This document shows, in pieces, positions 26,850-35,879 of a stretch of 64,000 bases of DNA. The notes below the pieces were generated by a model. The model saw only the letters and a list, made by a program, of their open reading frames with translations. It made no database searches and had not been told where the DNA came from. The translations under genes were made by a program, and so were the position numbers. Each line of letters opens with the position of its first letter. Positions within the stretch are counted from its first letter, which is position 1. This DNA is from an uncultured Acidobacteriota bacterium (lineage in GTDB: Bacteria > Acidobacteriota > Thermoanaerobaculia > Multivoradales > UBA5704), in assembly GCA_963752235.1 (NCBI GenBank), contig CAVVXL010000021.1, positions 9,133 through 73,132 of the forward strand, given 5' to 3'.

Positions 26850-29757
26850 CTACGGTCGCGCCGACACCCCGCTCACCGTCCGCGCCGTCAACCCGGGCTT
26901 CCCCTTCACCGCCACGTCGATCTTGCTCCAGGCCGCGGGGGGGGCGGTGTCCTTGGGGTAGAAGGCGACGGTGTACTGGCTCCTCAGCTCGGAGAGGATC
27001 TGGCCGTAGACGCGGGCGAGGTCCTGGTTGGGGTGGATGAAGTAGACCTGGCCGCCGCCGGCTTCGGCGAGGCGCTGGAACTTGGCGGACGCGGGCTCGG
27101 TGAGGAAGCCGCCGTCGTCGCCGTGCTCCTCGCGGGGGTTGGAGACGATCAGGTAGATGGGAACGCCGCTCTCGCGCGCTGCCTTGAGGCAGGCCGGGAA
27201 GGAGGCGTGCTCGGCCTCGTCGATGCCGTCCGAGTAGATCACCAGCGCCTTGCGCCCCGAGATCCCGCGCAGCTGGCCGAGCGAGTAGGTGATGGCGTCC
27301 CAGAGCGCGGTGCCGCCGTCGGGCTGAAGCTGGTCGAGGGCGGCGACGACCGAGGCGAGGTCGCGGGTCACCGGGCGGACCAGCCGCGCCTTGGAGTCGA
27401 AGTCGATCAGCATCGCCCGGTCGCGGCCGGTGAGGCCGGTGTCGAGGAGCGAGGCGACGGCCTTTCGCACGTCCGGGAGCTTCAGGAACATGCTGGCCGA
27501 GGAGTCGATGGCGAGCGCCAGGGTGAGCGGCAGCTCGCCGGCGTTCTCGAAGGCGGCGATCTCCTGCGGCTCGCCGTCCTGGCGGACCTGGAAGACTTCC
27601 TTCGGCAGCCCCGGCACCGGCTTGCCGCCGGAGTCGGTCACCACCACCGCGAGCTGGATCAGGCGGACGTCGATCCGCGCCCCGAGGTCCGAGGCGTTGA
27701 GGGTGATGGCGTCCTCGGCGGTCGAGCCGTCGTCGAGCATGGCGGCGGCCCGCAGGTACCCTTCGGAGCGCTGGCGCGGCACCTTCACCGGATAGCGGAA
27801 GGGGGGCTCGTAGAGGGTCGCCGCCAGCTCGTCGTTCCAGTAGAGCTCCACCTTCTCGATCCGCCGGCCGGAGGGGACCCGCACGTCGGCCTCGACGTTG
27901 ACCGTCCCTACCCCGCGCCGGCTGGCGGGCTCGACGATGCGGACGCCGAAGGTGCCGGCCGGCTCGTTGAGGCGCACGGCGTCGTGGGCCAGCACCTTGC
28001 CGGCGGCGTCGTAGGCGATCCCCTGCACGACCTGCGGACGGACGCGGCGGCCGAGGTCGAGCTCGGCATCGCAGGGGACCTTCGCGCAGGTCGCGGCGCT
28101 CCGTCCCTCGAGCTTGACCTCGACCCGGGCGATCCCCGTGCCCTCGCCGTTGATCCTCAGCCGGACCTTGCCGGCCAGCGCGGCGCCGGCGGGCGGGACC
28201 AGCCGGATTCCGGAGCGCGCGGTCAGCACCGCGTCGGCCTCCGGCAGCGGACCCGCCAGGCTCACCACCTGCCCGCCCCAGGGGCCGCCGTTCAACGGCT
28301 CGAGCAGCACGGCGACGACGTCCCCCTCCGGGAGAGGGATCGCCAAGTGATAGACGCCGGGGTCGGTGCCGACGCGGTCGGCGGCGCCGAGCAGGTGATG
28401 GAACGCGCGCGCCGCCGCTCAAGCCCGCGACGGTGACGCGCAGGGGGCCGGACGGCAGCTTCGGCGATTCGACCCGCAGGTCGAGGATCGCCTTGCGCTC
28501 GGCGTCTGAAGCCATCGGCGCAGCAGGATCGGGCTGCAGGTGGGCGGAGATCTCGAGGCCGAGCCCCTCCTCCTCGTCGGCCAGGAGGTGCGCGGCGCGG
28601 CTGGCGCCGACCGCTTCGGGGATGCCGGCGACGTCCCAGCGCCGGGCTTTGACCACGAGATCGGGCCGCGAGGTGGTGACCTCGAGCGGGAGCGGCCGGC
28701 CGTCGGTCGCCAGCGGCGCCTGCCAGCGGACGAGGGAGCGGGCACGGAGGTGGACCAGGGAACCGGCCAGGGCCGAAGCCTGGAGGACCATCTCGCCGCC
28801 GGTCGCCTCGGCGAGCCAGGTCAGCGGCTGCTGCGGCGCGAGAAGGGCGGGGGGCGGCGCGGGCTGGTCGGGCGACGGCTCCCTGCGGCGGTCGAGGGTG
28901 ATCGTGCCGCCGAGGGGCGCCTTGAGGGTCGAGCGCGGCTTGACCCGCCGCAGGTCGGGGAGGGTCGAGTCCCCCATCGGCACGGGGATCACCGTCCAGC
29001 CGAGCGCCGCGACGGTGCGCGCGGTCTCGAGGCCGGCCGTCTCCAGCGCGCCGGCCGGCGGCTTCTCCCCCGGCGACAGGAGAGTGGTGCGGTAGAACCT
29101 CGCCGGATCGACGTCGTAGCCGTCGCTGACCAGGAAGACGGCGCGCGGGCCGCCGCCCCCTTGCGCCAGCAGCCACTCGGCGAAGGCGTCCTGCTGCCGG
29201 CGGACGACGTGCACCTCGGCGTCGATCGCCGCCGCGGCCCGGGCGCCGGGGTCGCTCCCCTCCTCCTTCTCGGGACGCTCGTCGCGGAAGCGGCGGCGCA
29301 GGGCGCGGAGGTCGTCCCGTCCCTCGCTCTCCAGCCAGAGCTTGGAGAGCGCCTCGTCGATCGCCTGCACGTCGCGGGTGGGAGCGAGCGCCACCCGCGG
29401 CTGGGGCTCCGCCACCACCACCTCGACGGTGCCGAGCGCCGCCAGCGTCCGCGCCTGCTCGGCGAGGGTGCCGGCGGCGGCGCGCAGGGTGCGCGAGCCG
29501 GAGAGGACGCGGTCCGCCCAGATGACGATCCGCCAGGGCTGGCCGATCGGCGCCAGCGAGGCCACCGGCCAGGGTTTGCCGTTCTCGATCACGGTGAGGT
29601 CGCTTACCGCCACCGTGCGCGGCGCCTCCCCCTGGCGGTCGAGGATCAGGACGGGAAGCTCGCGGGCAGCGGCGGCGGGAGGGTCCTGGGCCGGCGCGGG
29701 AGAGGAGAGGAGGGAGGGGGCGAGAAGGACGGTGAGAACGAGCAGCTTTGGCTTCAC
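26850..29757 (-). pseudogene. secreted von Willebrand factor A (VWA) domain protein, frameshifted
   Basis: GTG start. Signal peptide MKPKLLVLTVLLAPSLLSSPAPA. C-terminal VWA ALAIDSSASMF...ALVIYSDGIDE. The frames of ORFs 26806..29757 and 26850..28346 join at ~28395-28412 inside a ggcggcgcgcgcg repeat. Confidence 0.75.
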
Positions 29758-29778
29758 CGTCCTATTCTACGCCCGCCG

Positions 29779-30375
29779 TCAGCTCAGGAACTTGGCAAAG
29801 GCGTCGGGATGGATCCCCCAGGAGAAGAAGCCGGCGAGCCCCATCACGACGCCGAAGGCGGCGAACAGGATGGCGAGCCCGACCAGCCACTTCTTGCGGG
29901 TCAGCGCGCTGACGCCGAGCAGCGCGATGGCGATGCTCATCGTGGCCTCGGACATGTCGAACTGGTCGTCGTGGACGTTCAGGCGGTCGTACTCCGCCTG
30001 CGCCCCCTCGGCCTCCTTCTTGATGTCCGCCTTCTCCTTGTCGTACTTCTTGACCTGCTGGGTGTAGGTGGCGATCTCCTTGTCGATCAGCGGTAGCGCC
30101 GCGCCGGCTCCCTCCGCCTTGCGGAGCTGGAGCTGGTCGAGCACGCTCTCGGCGAGGTTCTGCTTCATCCCCTTCGCCTGGTAGTACCCCCACTGATCGA
30201 CCGCATGCGCCTGCGCCTGCGACATCGCCTGCACGATGTTGCCGTCCTTGATGTTGCAGAGCGCCATGAAGGTGGCCAGCAGCGCGACCAGGACGGCGAT
30301 CACATTATTGAGGGTGTCGTTCGATTCCTTCGCTTTTTCGACCGCTTCGGAGACGGTCTCCGTAATCTCGCTCAT
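29779..30375 (-). CDS. DUF4337-family membrane protein
   Basis: MSEITETVSE...VIAVLVALLATFMALCNIKDGNIVQAMSQAQAHAVDQWGYYQAKG, N- and C-terminal TM helices. Stop 22 bp before the VWA start, so likely co-transcribed. Confidence 0.7.
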   Translation of the reverse strand: MSEITETVSEAVEKAKESNDTLNNVIAVLVALLATFMALCNIKDGNIVQAMSQAQAHAVDQWGYYQAKGMKQNLAESVLDQLQLRKAEGAGAALPLIDKEIATYTQQVKKYDKEKADIKKEAEGAQAEYDRLNVHDDQFDMSEATMSIAIALLGVSALTRKKWLVGLAILFAAFGVVMGLAGFFSWGIHPDAFAKFLS

Positions 30376-30425
30376 GAGCGTTTCGTTCCTCGCCAAAGGG
30401 TTGCGGACCGCGGCGGGTCCGACCC

Positions 30426-31562
30426 TCAAACTAGCACGGACCGGGCCTCCCAGCGCCTCCCCGTTGCGCCGACGTACTCCGATTCCGGCCGGATCAGGCG
30501 GCCGGTGGCGAGCTGCTCGAGGGCATGGGCCGTCCACCCGGCGACCCGCCCGACGGCGAACAGGGGGGTGAAGAGATCGCTGGGGAATCCCAGCCCGTGG
30601 AGCAGCAACGCGGTGTAGAACTCGACGTTGGTGTCGAGCGGGCGGTCGGGCTTGCGCTCGCGCAGCAGGCGGAGAGCGGTCGCCTCGACCGCGCGGGCGA
30701 GGTCGTAGAGGGCCTGGTCGCCGCCGCGGCGGTAGAAGCGCTCCGCCGCCGCCGCCAGCACGTCGGCGCGCGGATCGCGCACCCGGTAGACGCGGTGGCC
30801 GAAGCCCATCAGCCGCTCGCCGCGGTCGAGCTTCGCGCGCAGCACGCCTTCAGCCCGCTCCGCCGTGCCGATCTCGAACACCATGTCGAGGGCGGGGCCG
30901 GGCGCGCCGCCGTGGAGAGGACCTTTCAGCGCCCCCACCGCGCCGGTGATCGCGGAGATCAGGTCCGAGCGCGTCGACACGATCACCCGGGCGGTGAAGG
31001 TCGAGGCGTTGAGGCCGTGGTCCGACACCGTGTTGAGATAGGTCTCGAGGCCACGCACCCGCTCCGCGTCCGGCTCTTCGCCGTCGAGCATGAAGAGAAA
31101 GTTGGCGGCAGCCCCGAGCTCCCCCCGCGGCGCCAGCGGCTCCTCGCCGCGCAGCAGCCGCTGGTAGGCGGCCACCAGGGTGGGGAACGCCGCCACCAGC
31201 AGCACGGCGTCGTCTTCCGGCGCGCCTCCGGAGCCAGCCGCCAGGCTCAGCGTGCCGGCGGCCATGCGCAGGGCGTCCATCGCCGGCACCCGGCGCCGCG
31301 CCGCCGCGCGCAGCAGCTCGATGGTCTCCGCCGGCACGCCGCGGCGCTCGGCGAGGCGGCGCCGGAACGCCGCCAGCTCTTCCGGCGTGGGCAGATCGCC
31401 GTGCCAGAGCAGCCAGACGACCTCCTCGAAAGTCGCATGAGGGGCCAGCTCCTCCACCGGAAAGCCGGCGAGCAGGAGCACACCCGCCGCGCCGTCGACG
31501 CTGCTCAAGCGGGTCGTGGCCGCCACCACCCCTTCCAGTCCTTGTCCTCGAGATGTTGTCAT
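30426..31562 (-). CDS. citrate synthase-like protein (short type, citryl-CoA lyase/CitA-like)
   Basis: Citrate-synthase signature GFGHRVYRVRDPRA. ~378 aa. Confidence 0.8.
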   Translation of the reverse strand: MTTSRGQGLEGVVAATTRLSSVDGAAGVLLLAGFPVEELAPHATFEEVVWLLWHGDLPTPEELAAFRRRLAERRGVPAETIELLRAAARRRVPAMDALRMAAGTLSLAAGSGGAPEDDAVLLVAAFPTLVAAYQRLLRGEEPLAPRGELGAAANFLFMLDGEEPDAERVRGLETYLNTVSDHGLNASTFTARVIVSTRSDLISAITGAVGALKGPLHGGAPGPALDMVFEIGTAERAEGVLRAKLDRGERLMGFGHRVYRVRDPRADVLAAAAERFYRRGGDQALYDLARAVEATALRLLRERKPDRPLDTNVEFYTALLLHGLGFPSDLFTPLFAVGRVAGWTAHALEQLATGRLIRPESEYVGATGRRWEARSVLV

Positions 31563-31651
31563 CGCGTTCTCTCCTTCCAGGATCGATCTTCGATCCCATC
31601 CAGAAGGTTGTCAATCTTGATTCGCCGATCAATGTATGGAATCGTGACGGC

Positions 31652-32872
31652 ATGGAAGAGCGCTTTTTGAACGCCCAGGAGGCGGCGGCCGAGCTCGGCG
31701 TGTCGCTCGCCACCCTCTACGCCTATGCGAGCCGCGGGATGCTGCGCTCCGAGTCGGTGCCCGGCGAGTCGCGCGCCCGGCGCTACCCGCGCGAGGACGT
31801 GCTGCGGCTCAAGGAGAAGAAGGAGTTGCGCCGCGACCCCGAGCGGGCGGTGCCCAAGGCGCTTTCCTGGGGGGCGCCGGTGCTCTCCTCGGCGATCACG
31901 CTGGTCGAGGGCGGGCGGCTCTACTACCGCGGGCGGGACGCCACGGAGCTGGCGCGCACCACGGTCGAAGAGGTGGCGGCGCTGATCTGGACCGGTGAGC
32001 CGGCGGACGCCGCGGCGCTGTTCGCAGGCGAGCTGCCTCCCCTCCCCCACTGGAGCCTGCCGGCGGGGCTGACCCCGATCGAGCGCTGCCAGGTGGCCGT
32101 CCCCTGGATGGGAGCGGCGGACCTCGCGGCCTGGGATCTGCGGCCGGCGGCGGTGGCGGCCACCGGAGCGCGCATCCTGCGCCGGCTGGCAACGGTGACG
32201 GCCGGGGCTTCGACTCCGGGTCCCGGCAAGAGCATCGCGGCCACGCTCCAGTCCGGCTGGGCGCCGGGGCGTCCGGAGGTGGCGGCGCCGATCGGCGCCG
32301 CCCTGATTCTCGCCGCCGACCACGAGCTCAACGTCTCGGCGTTCACCGCCCGCTGCGTGGCCTCGGCCGCCGCCTCGCCATGGGATGTGGTGTCGGCGGG
32401 GCTCGCGGCGCTCAAGGGGGCGCGGCACGGCGGCCACACGGCGCGGGTGGAAGCGCTGTTCCGGGAGATCGAGTCGATGACGGTGGCGACGGGAGCGCGG
32501 CAGGTGCTGGCCGACCGCCTGCGGCGGGGCGAGGAGATCCCGGGGTTCGGGCACCCGCTCTACCCGGATGGCGACCCGCGCGGCGCGGCGCTGCTGGCGC
32601 TGGCGGCCGGGATCGCCCCCGCTTCGCCGGCGGTCGGCGAGGCCCGGGCGCTCGCCGAAGCGGGGCGTGAGCTGCTCGGCGAGCACCCCACGATCGACCT
32701 CGGCCTGGTGGCCCTGAGCCGGACCCTCGACCTGCCGGAGCACACGCCGCTCGCCCTCTTCGCGCTCGGCCGCACGATCGGCTGGATCGGTCACGCCATC
32801 GAGGAATACGCCTTGAACCGGCTGATCCGCCCGCGCGCCGCCTACGTCGGCGAGCCTCCCGCGCCTGCCTGA
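31652..32872 (+). CDS. HTH-domain-fused citrate synthase-like protein
   Basis: N-terminal MerR/excisionase-like HTH MEERFLNAQEAAAELGVSLATLYAYASRGMLRS. Citrate-synthase-like core with GFGHPLYPDGDPRGAAL. Divergent from the paralog at 30426..31562. Confidence 0.8.
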   Translation: MEERFLNAQEAAAELGVSLATLYAYASRGMLRSESVPGESRARRYPREDVLRLKEKKELRRDPERAVPKALSWGAPVLSSAITLVEGGRLYYRGRDATELARTTVEEVAALIWTGEPADAAALFAGELPPLPHWSLPAGLTPIERCQVAVPWMGAADLAAWDLRPAAVAATGARILRRLATVTAGASTPGPGKSIAATLQSGWAPGRPEVAAPIGAALILAADHELNVSAFTARCVASAAASPWDVVSAGLAALKGARHGGHTARVEALFREIESMTVATGARQVLADRLRRGEEIPGFGHPLYPDGDPRGAALLALAAGIAPASPAVGEARALAEAGRELLGEHPTIDLGLVALSRTLDLPEHTPLALFALGRTIGWIGHAIEEYALNRLIRPRAAYVGEPPAPA

Positions 32873-33089
32873 TCCGCGCCGGGTTTCCCGTTCCCTTCAC
32901 CGTCCCATCCATATGTCCCTATCTACTCGTCGGGATGCACCTCTCCTTTCGAAGAGTGGCTGAATTTCAGCCCGGTTTTCAATCAATCGCAGGTTGCCCC
33001 AGGGATTGACCGCCGCCGACCGCGGCCTTCCGACCAACCCTTCCGGTGTCCCTTCCACAGGCGAACGGGCCCTCAGAAAGGATAGATTC

Positions 33090-34109
33090 ATGCCGAAGTT
33101 TGTGCTCAACCACGACGAGGTAGCTTCGATCCAGCAGCTGCTCGCCGGGATCGCCGCGCAGTACCGCTCGGCCGAGGACCCTGAATTCCTCCTCGAGGCG
33201 AACCTGCTGGCCCACGAGCTCCCCCGCCGCCTGCGCGCCGCCCTCAACGAGTTCCGGCTCACCGAGCCCGACGAGGCGCTGCTCGTCATCTCAGGGTTCC
33301 CGGTGGACGACGTCAAGATCGGCCGCACTCCGGAGCACTGGAAGCTCTCGGCCGAGCAGCGGGTGCCGACCCTCGAGGAGGAGATCCTGTTCGTCCTCGC
33401 CGGGTCGCTGCTCGGCGAGTGCATCGGCTGGGCGACCCAGCAGGACGGCCGCATCGTCCACGACGTGATGCCGGTCAAGGGGATGGAGCAGGAGCAGATC
33501 GGCATCGGCAGCGAGCAGACCATCTGGTGGCACACCGAGGACGCCTTCCATCCGCTGGCCGGCGACTACATCGGGCTGATGTTCCTGCGCAACCCGGACC
33601 ACGTGCCGACCACCTTCGCCCCCGTCGCGGGCTTGGGGCTCTCCGACGAGGACCTCGACCTCCTCTTCGCGCCCCACTTCACCATCCAGCCCGACAAGTC
33701 GCACCGGCCGGAGAACGCCGGCGATGCCAAACCGGAAGGCGACGGCCATCTCTTCGATCACATCGAGGAGATGCGCAAGGCGCCGCCGAAGATCGCCATC
33801 CTCTCGGGCGACCGCAAGTCCCCCTACATCCGGATCGACCCGTATTTCATGGACCCGGCGGCGGACAGCCCGCGGGCGCTCCAGGCGTTCGAGGCGCTGG
33901 TCAAGGCGCTCGACGCGCGGATCGGCGACCTCGCCCTCGACGCCGGCGAGATCTGCTTCGTCGACAATCGCAAGGCGGTGCACGGCCGCCGCGCCTTCAA
34001 GGCGCGCTACGACGGCTACGACCGCTGGTTCAAGCGGATGAACATCACGCGCGACCTCAGGAAGTCGCGGGAGGCCCGCTCCGCGGCGGCGTCGCGGATC
34101 ATCCAGTAA
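33090..34109 (+). CDS. VioC-like Fe(II)/2-oxoglutarate-dependent amino-acid beta-hydroxylase (clavaminate-synthase-like)
   Basis: Close match to VioC as I recall it: EFLLEANLLAHELPRRLR, GWATQQDGRIVHDVMPVKG, WHTEDAF (HxD), VDNRKAVHGRRAFKARYDGYDRWFKRMNITRDL. RBS aaagga. Confidence 0.85.
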   Translation: MPKFVLNHDEVASIQQLLAGIAAQYRSAEDPEFLLEANLLAHELPRRLRAALNEFRLTEPDEALLVISGFPVDDVKIGRTPEHWKLSAEQRVPTLEEEILFVLAGSLLGECIGWATQQDGRIVHDVMPVKGMEQEQIGIGSEQTIWWHTEDAFHPLAGDYIGLMFLRNPDHVPTTFAPVAGLGLSDEDLDLLFAPHFTIQPDKSHRPENAGDAKPEGDGHLFDHIEEMRKAPPKIAILSGDRKSPYIRIDPYFMDPAADSPRALQAFEALVKALDARIGDLALDAGEICFVDNRKAVHGRRAFKARYDGYDRWFKRMNITRDLRKSREARSAAASRIIQ

Positions 34110-34241
34110 AAGGATGGCTCCGAGCGCTGTGATATGAAGGGCCGCTCATCGCGAGCCACCCAAGGAGTCGAGCCTTTGGACCCACTGCCCCACCGCCGAC
34201 CGAAATCCGGCAGCCCCGCCTTCCCCGCCTCCGGCGGCGCG

Positions 34242-34898
34242 ATGCGGGTGCTGTTCCTGGGGAGCAGCCTCACCTACGCCAACGACATGCCGTTCATCGT
34301 GCAGGCGCTGGCGCGGGCGATCGGCAAGTCGCTCGATGTCGCCGTGGTGGCGCAGGGAGGGGCCAACCTCGAGGACCAGTGGCACCGCGGTGAGGCGCTG
34401 CGCAAGATCAAGGAGGGGGGGTGGAGCTTCGTCGTCCTCCAGCAGGGCCCCTCGACGGTGCCTGAGAACCGCGAGAACATGCGGGAGTACACCCGCAAGT
34501 TTGCCGATCCGATTCACAAGGCGGGGGGCCGGCCGGCGCTCTACATGGTCTGGCCGAGCGCCGACCGCCTCGCCTATTTCGACGAGGTGCGGAAGTCCTA
34601 CACGCTGGCCGCAGAGGACGTCGGCGGCATGCTCATCCCGGCCGGCGAGGCCTGGCGGGCGGCGTGGCGGCGCGATCCCAACCTCTCCCTGCTCAAGCGC
34701 GACGGCGTCCACCCCACCCCGATGGGGTCGTTCACGATCGCGCTGTCGATCTTCGGCATGCTGTTCAGCCGCTCGCCGGCGGGGCTGCCGGCGCGCGTCC
34801 GGCTGCGCCACGGCGCCTTCGCGCAGGTGACGCCGGCGCTCGCGCCGCTCCTCCAGGAGGCGGCTGCCGAGGCCAACGACCAGTTCGGCAAGCGATGA
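34242..34898 (+). CDS. SGNH/GDSL-like hydrolase family protein, paralog 1
   Basis: MRVLFLGSSLTYANDMP (GDSL-like block I), DGVHPTPMGS. No obvious signal peptide. Confidence 0.65.
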   Translation: MRVLFLGSSLTYANDMPFIVQALARAIGKSLDVAVVAQGGANLEDQWHRGEALRKIKEGGWSFVVLQQGPSTVPENRENMREYTRKFADPIHKAGGRPALYMVWPSADRLAYFDEVRKSYTLAAEDVGGMLIPAGEAWRAAWRRDPNLSLLKRDGVHPTPMGSFTIALSIFGMLFSRSPAGLPARVRLRHGAFAQVTPALAPLLQEAAAEANDQFGKR

Positions 34899-34950
34899 CC
34901 CACCGCGGCACGATCCCGCGCACCGACCACCACCCATGGGAGACCGGCAG

Positions 34951-35790
34951 ATGTCGATTCAAGGCCACCGGCTGTCCGCCGCCGGCGCGGCGGCGCGCCT
35001 CGCGATCCTCCTGTCCCTGCTGCTCGGCTGCGCCGGCAAGTCCGGCGCGGCCGGTGAAAACGCCGCGGACGCCCCGCAACCCGCTGCCCCGGCAAATGCC
35101 ACGAAAGGCGAACCCGTGAATCCCGGCAAGAACCTGCGCGTCCTCTTCCTCGGCAACAGCCTGACCTTCGCCAACGAGATCCCGCTCATCGTACAGGCGC
35201 TCGCCAAGTCCGCCGGCCAGAGCCTCTACGTCGAATCGATCACGTATCCCAACTTCAACCTCGAGGACCAGTGGAACCAGGGGGACGCGCTACGCGCCCT
35301 CGACACCAGGAAGTGGGACTACGTGGTGATGCAGCAGGGACCCTCGTCGCTGATCGAGAACCGCGAGGACATGCGCAAGTGGGCCAAGAAGTTCGCCCCC
35401 AGGATCAAAAAAGCCGGCGCCAAGCCCGCGATGTACATGGTGTGGCCCGACAAGAGCCGGATGGCCTACTTCGACGATGTGCGCGAGGCCTACTCGCTCG
35501 CCGCTTCCGACATCAAGGGGATGTTCATCCCCGCCGGCGAAGCGTGGCGGGCGGCCTGGAAGCGCGACCCGAACGCCCCGCTCTACTCCTACGACGACTT
35601 CCACCCTTCGGTCGCCGGCTCCTACATCTCGGCGCTGTCGATCTACGGCATGCTCTACAACCGGCCGTTGCAGGGGCTGCCGGCGAAGCTCGAGATCGCG
35701 GGGAGCCACGACGTCGAGGTGCCGGCGCCGCTCGCCAGTCTCCTCCAGAAAGCGGCGACCGAAGCGAACCAGAAGTACGGCCGCCCCTGA
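34951..35790 (+). CDS. SGNH/GDSL-like hydrolase family lipoprotein, paralog 2
   Basis: Lipobox LLSLLLGCAG. LRVLFLGNSLTFANEIP, DDFHPSVAGS. ~50% identical to paralog 1. Confidence 0.7.
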   Translation: MSIQGHRLSAAGAAARLAILLSLLLGCAGKSGAAGENAADAPQPAAPANATKGEPVNPGKNLRVLFLGNSLTFANEIPLIVQALAKSAGQSLYVESITYPNFNLEDQWNQGDALRALDTRKWDYVVMQQGPSSLIENREDMRKWAKKFAPRIKKAGAKPAMYMVWPDKSRMAYFDDVREAYSLAASDIKGMFIPAGEAWRAAWKRDPNAPLYSYDDFHPSVAGSYISALSIYGMLYNRPLQGLPAKLEIAGSHDVEVPAPLASLLQKAATEANQKYGRP

Positions 35791-35822
35791 AAACCTTTCT
35801 GTAAAACCTTTCCGTAAAAACC

Positions 35823-35870
35823 AACGGGCCGCCGGCGATCGTTCGATCGCCCGCGGCCCGTTCGCTTTTG
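35823..35870. terminator. bidirectional rho-independent terminator
   Basis: aacgggccgccggcgatcg-tt-cgatcgcccgcggcccgtt (19-bp stem), followed by cgcttttgg on the + strand and ggtttttacgg on the - strand. Confidence 0.75.
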
Positions 35871-35879
35871 GACCTGACT

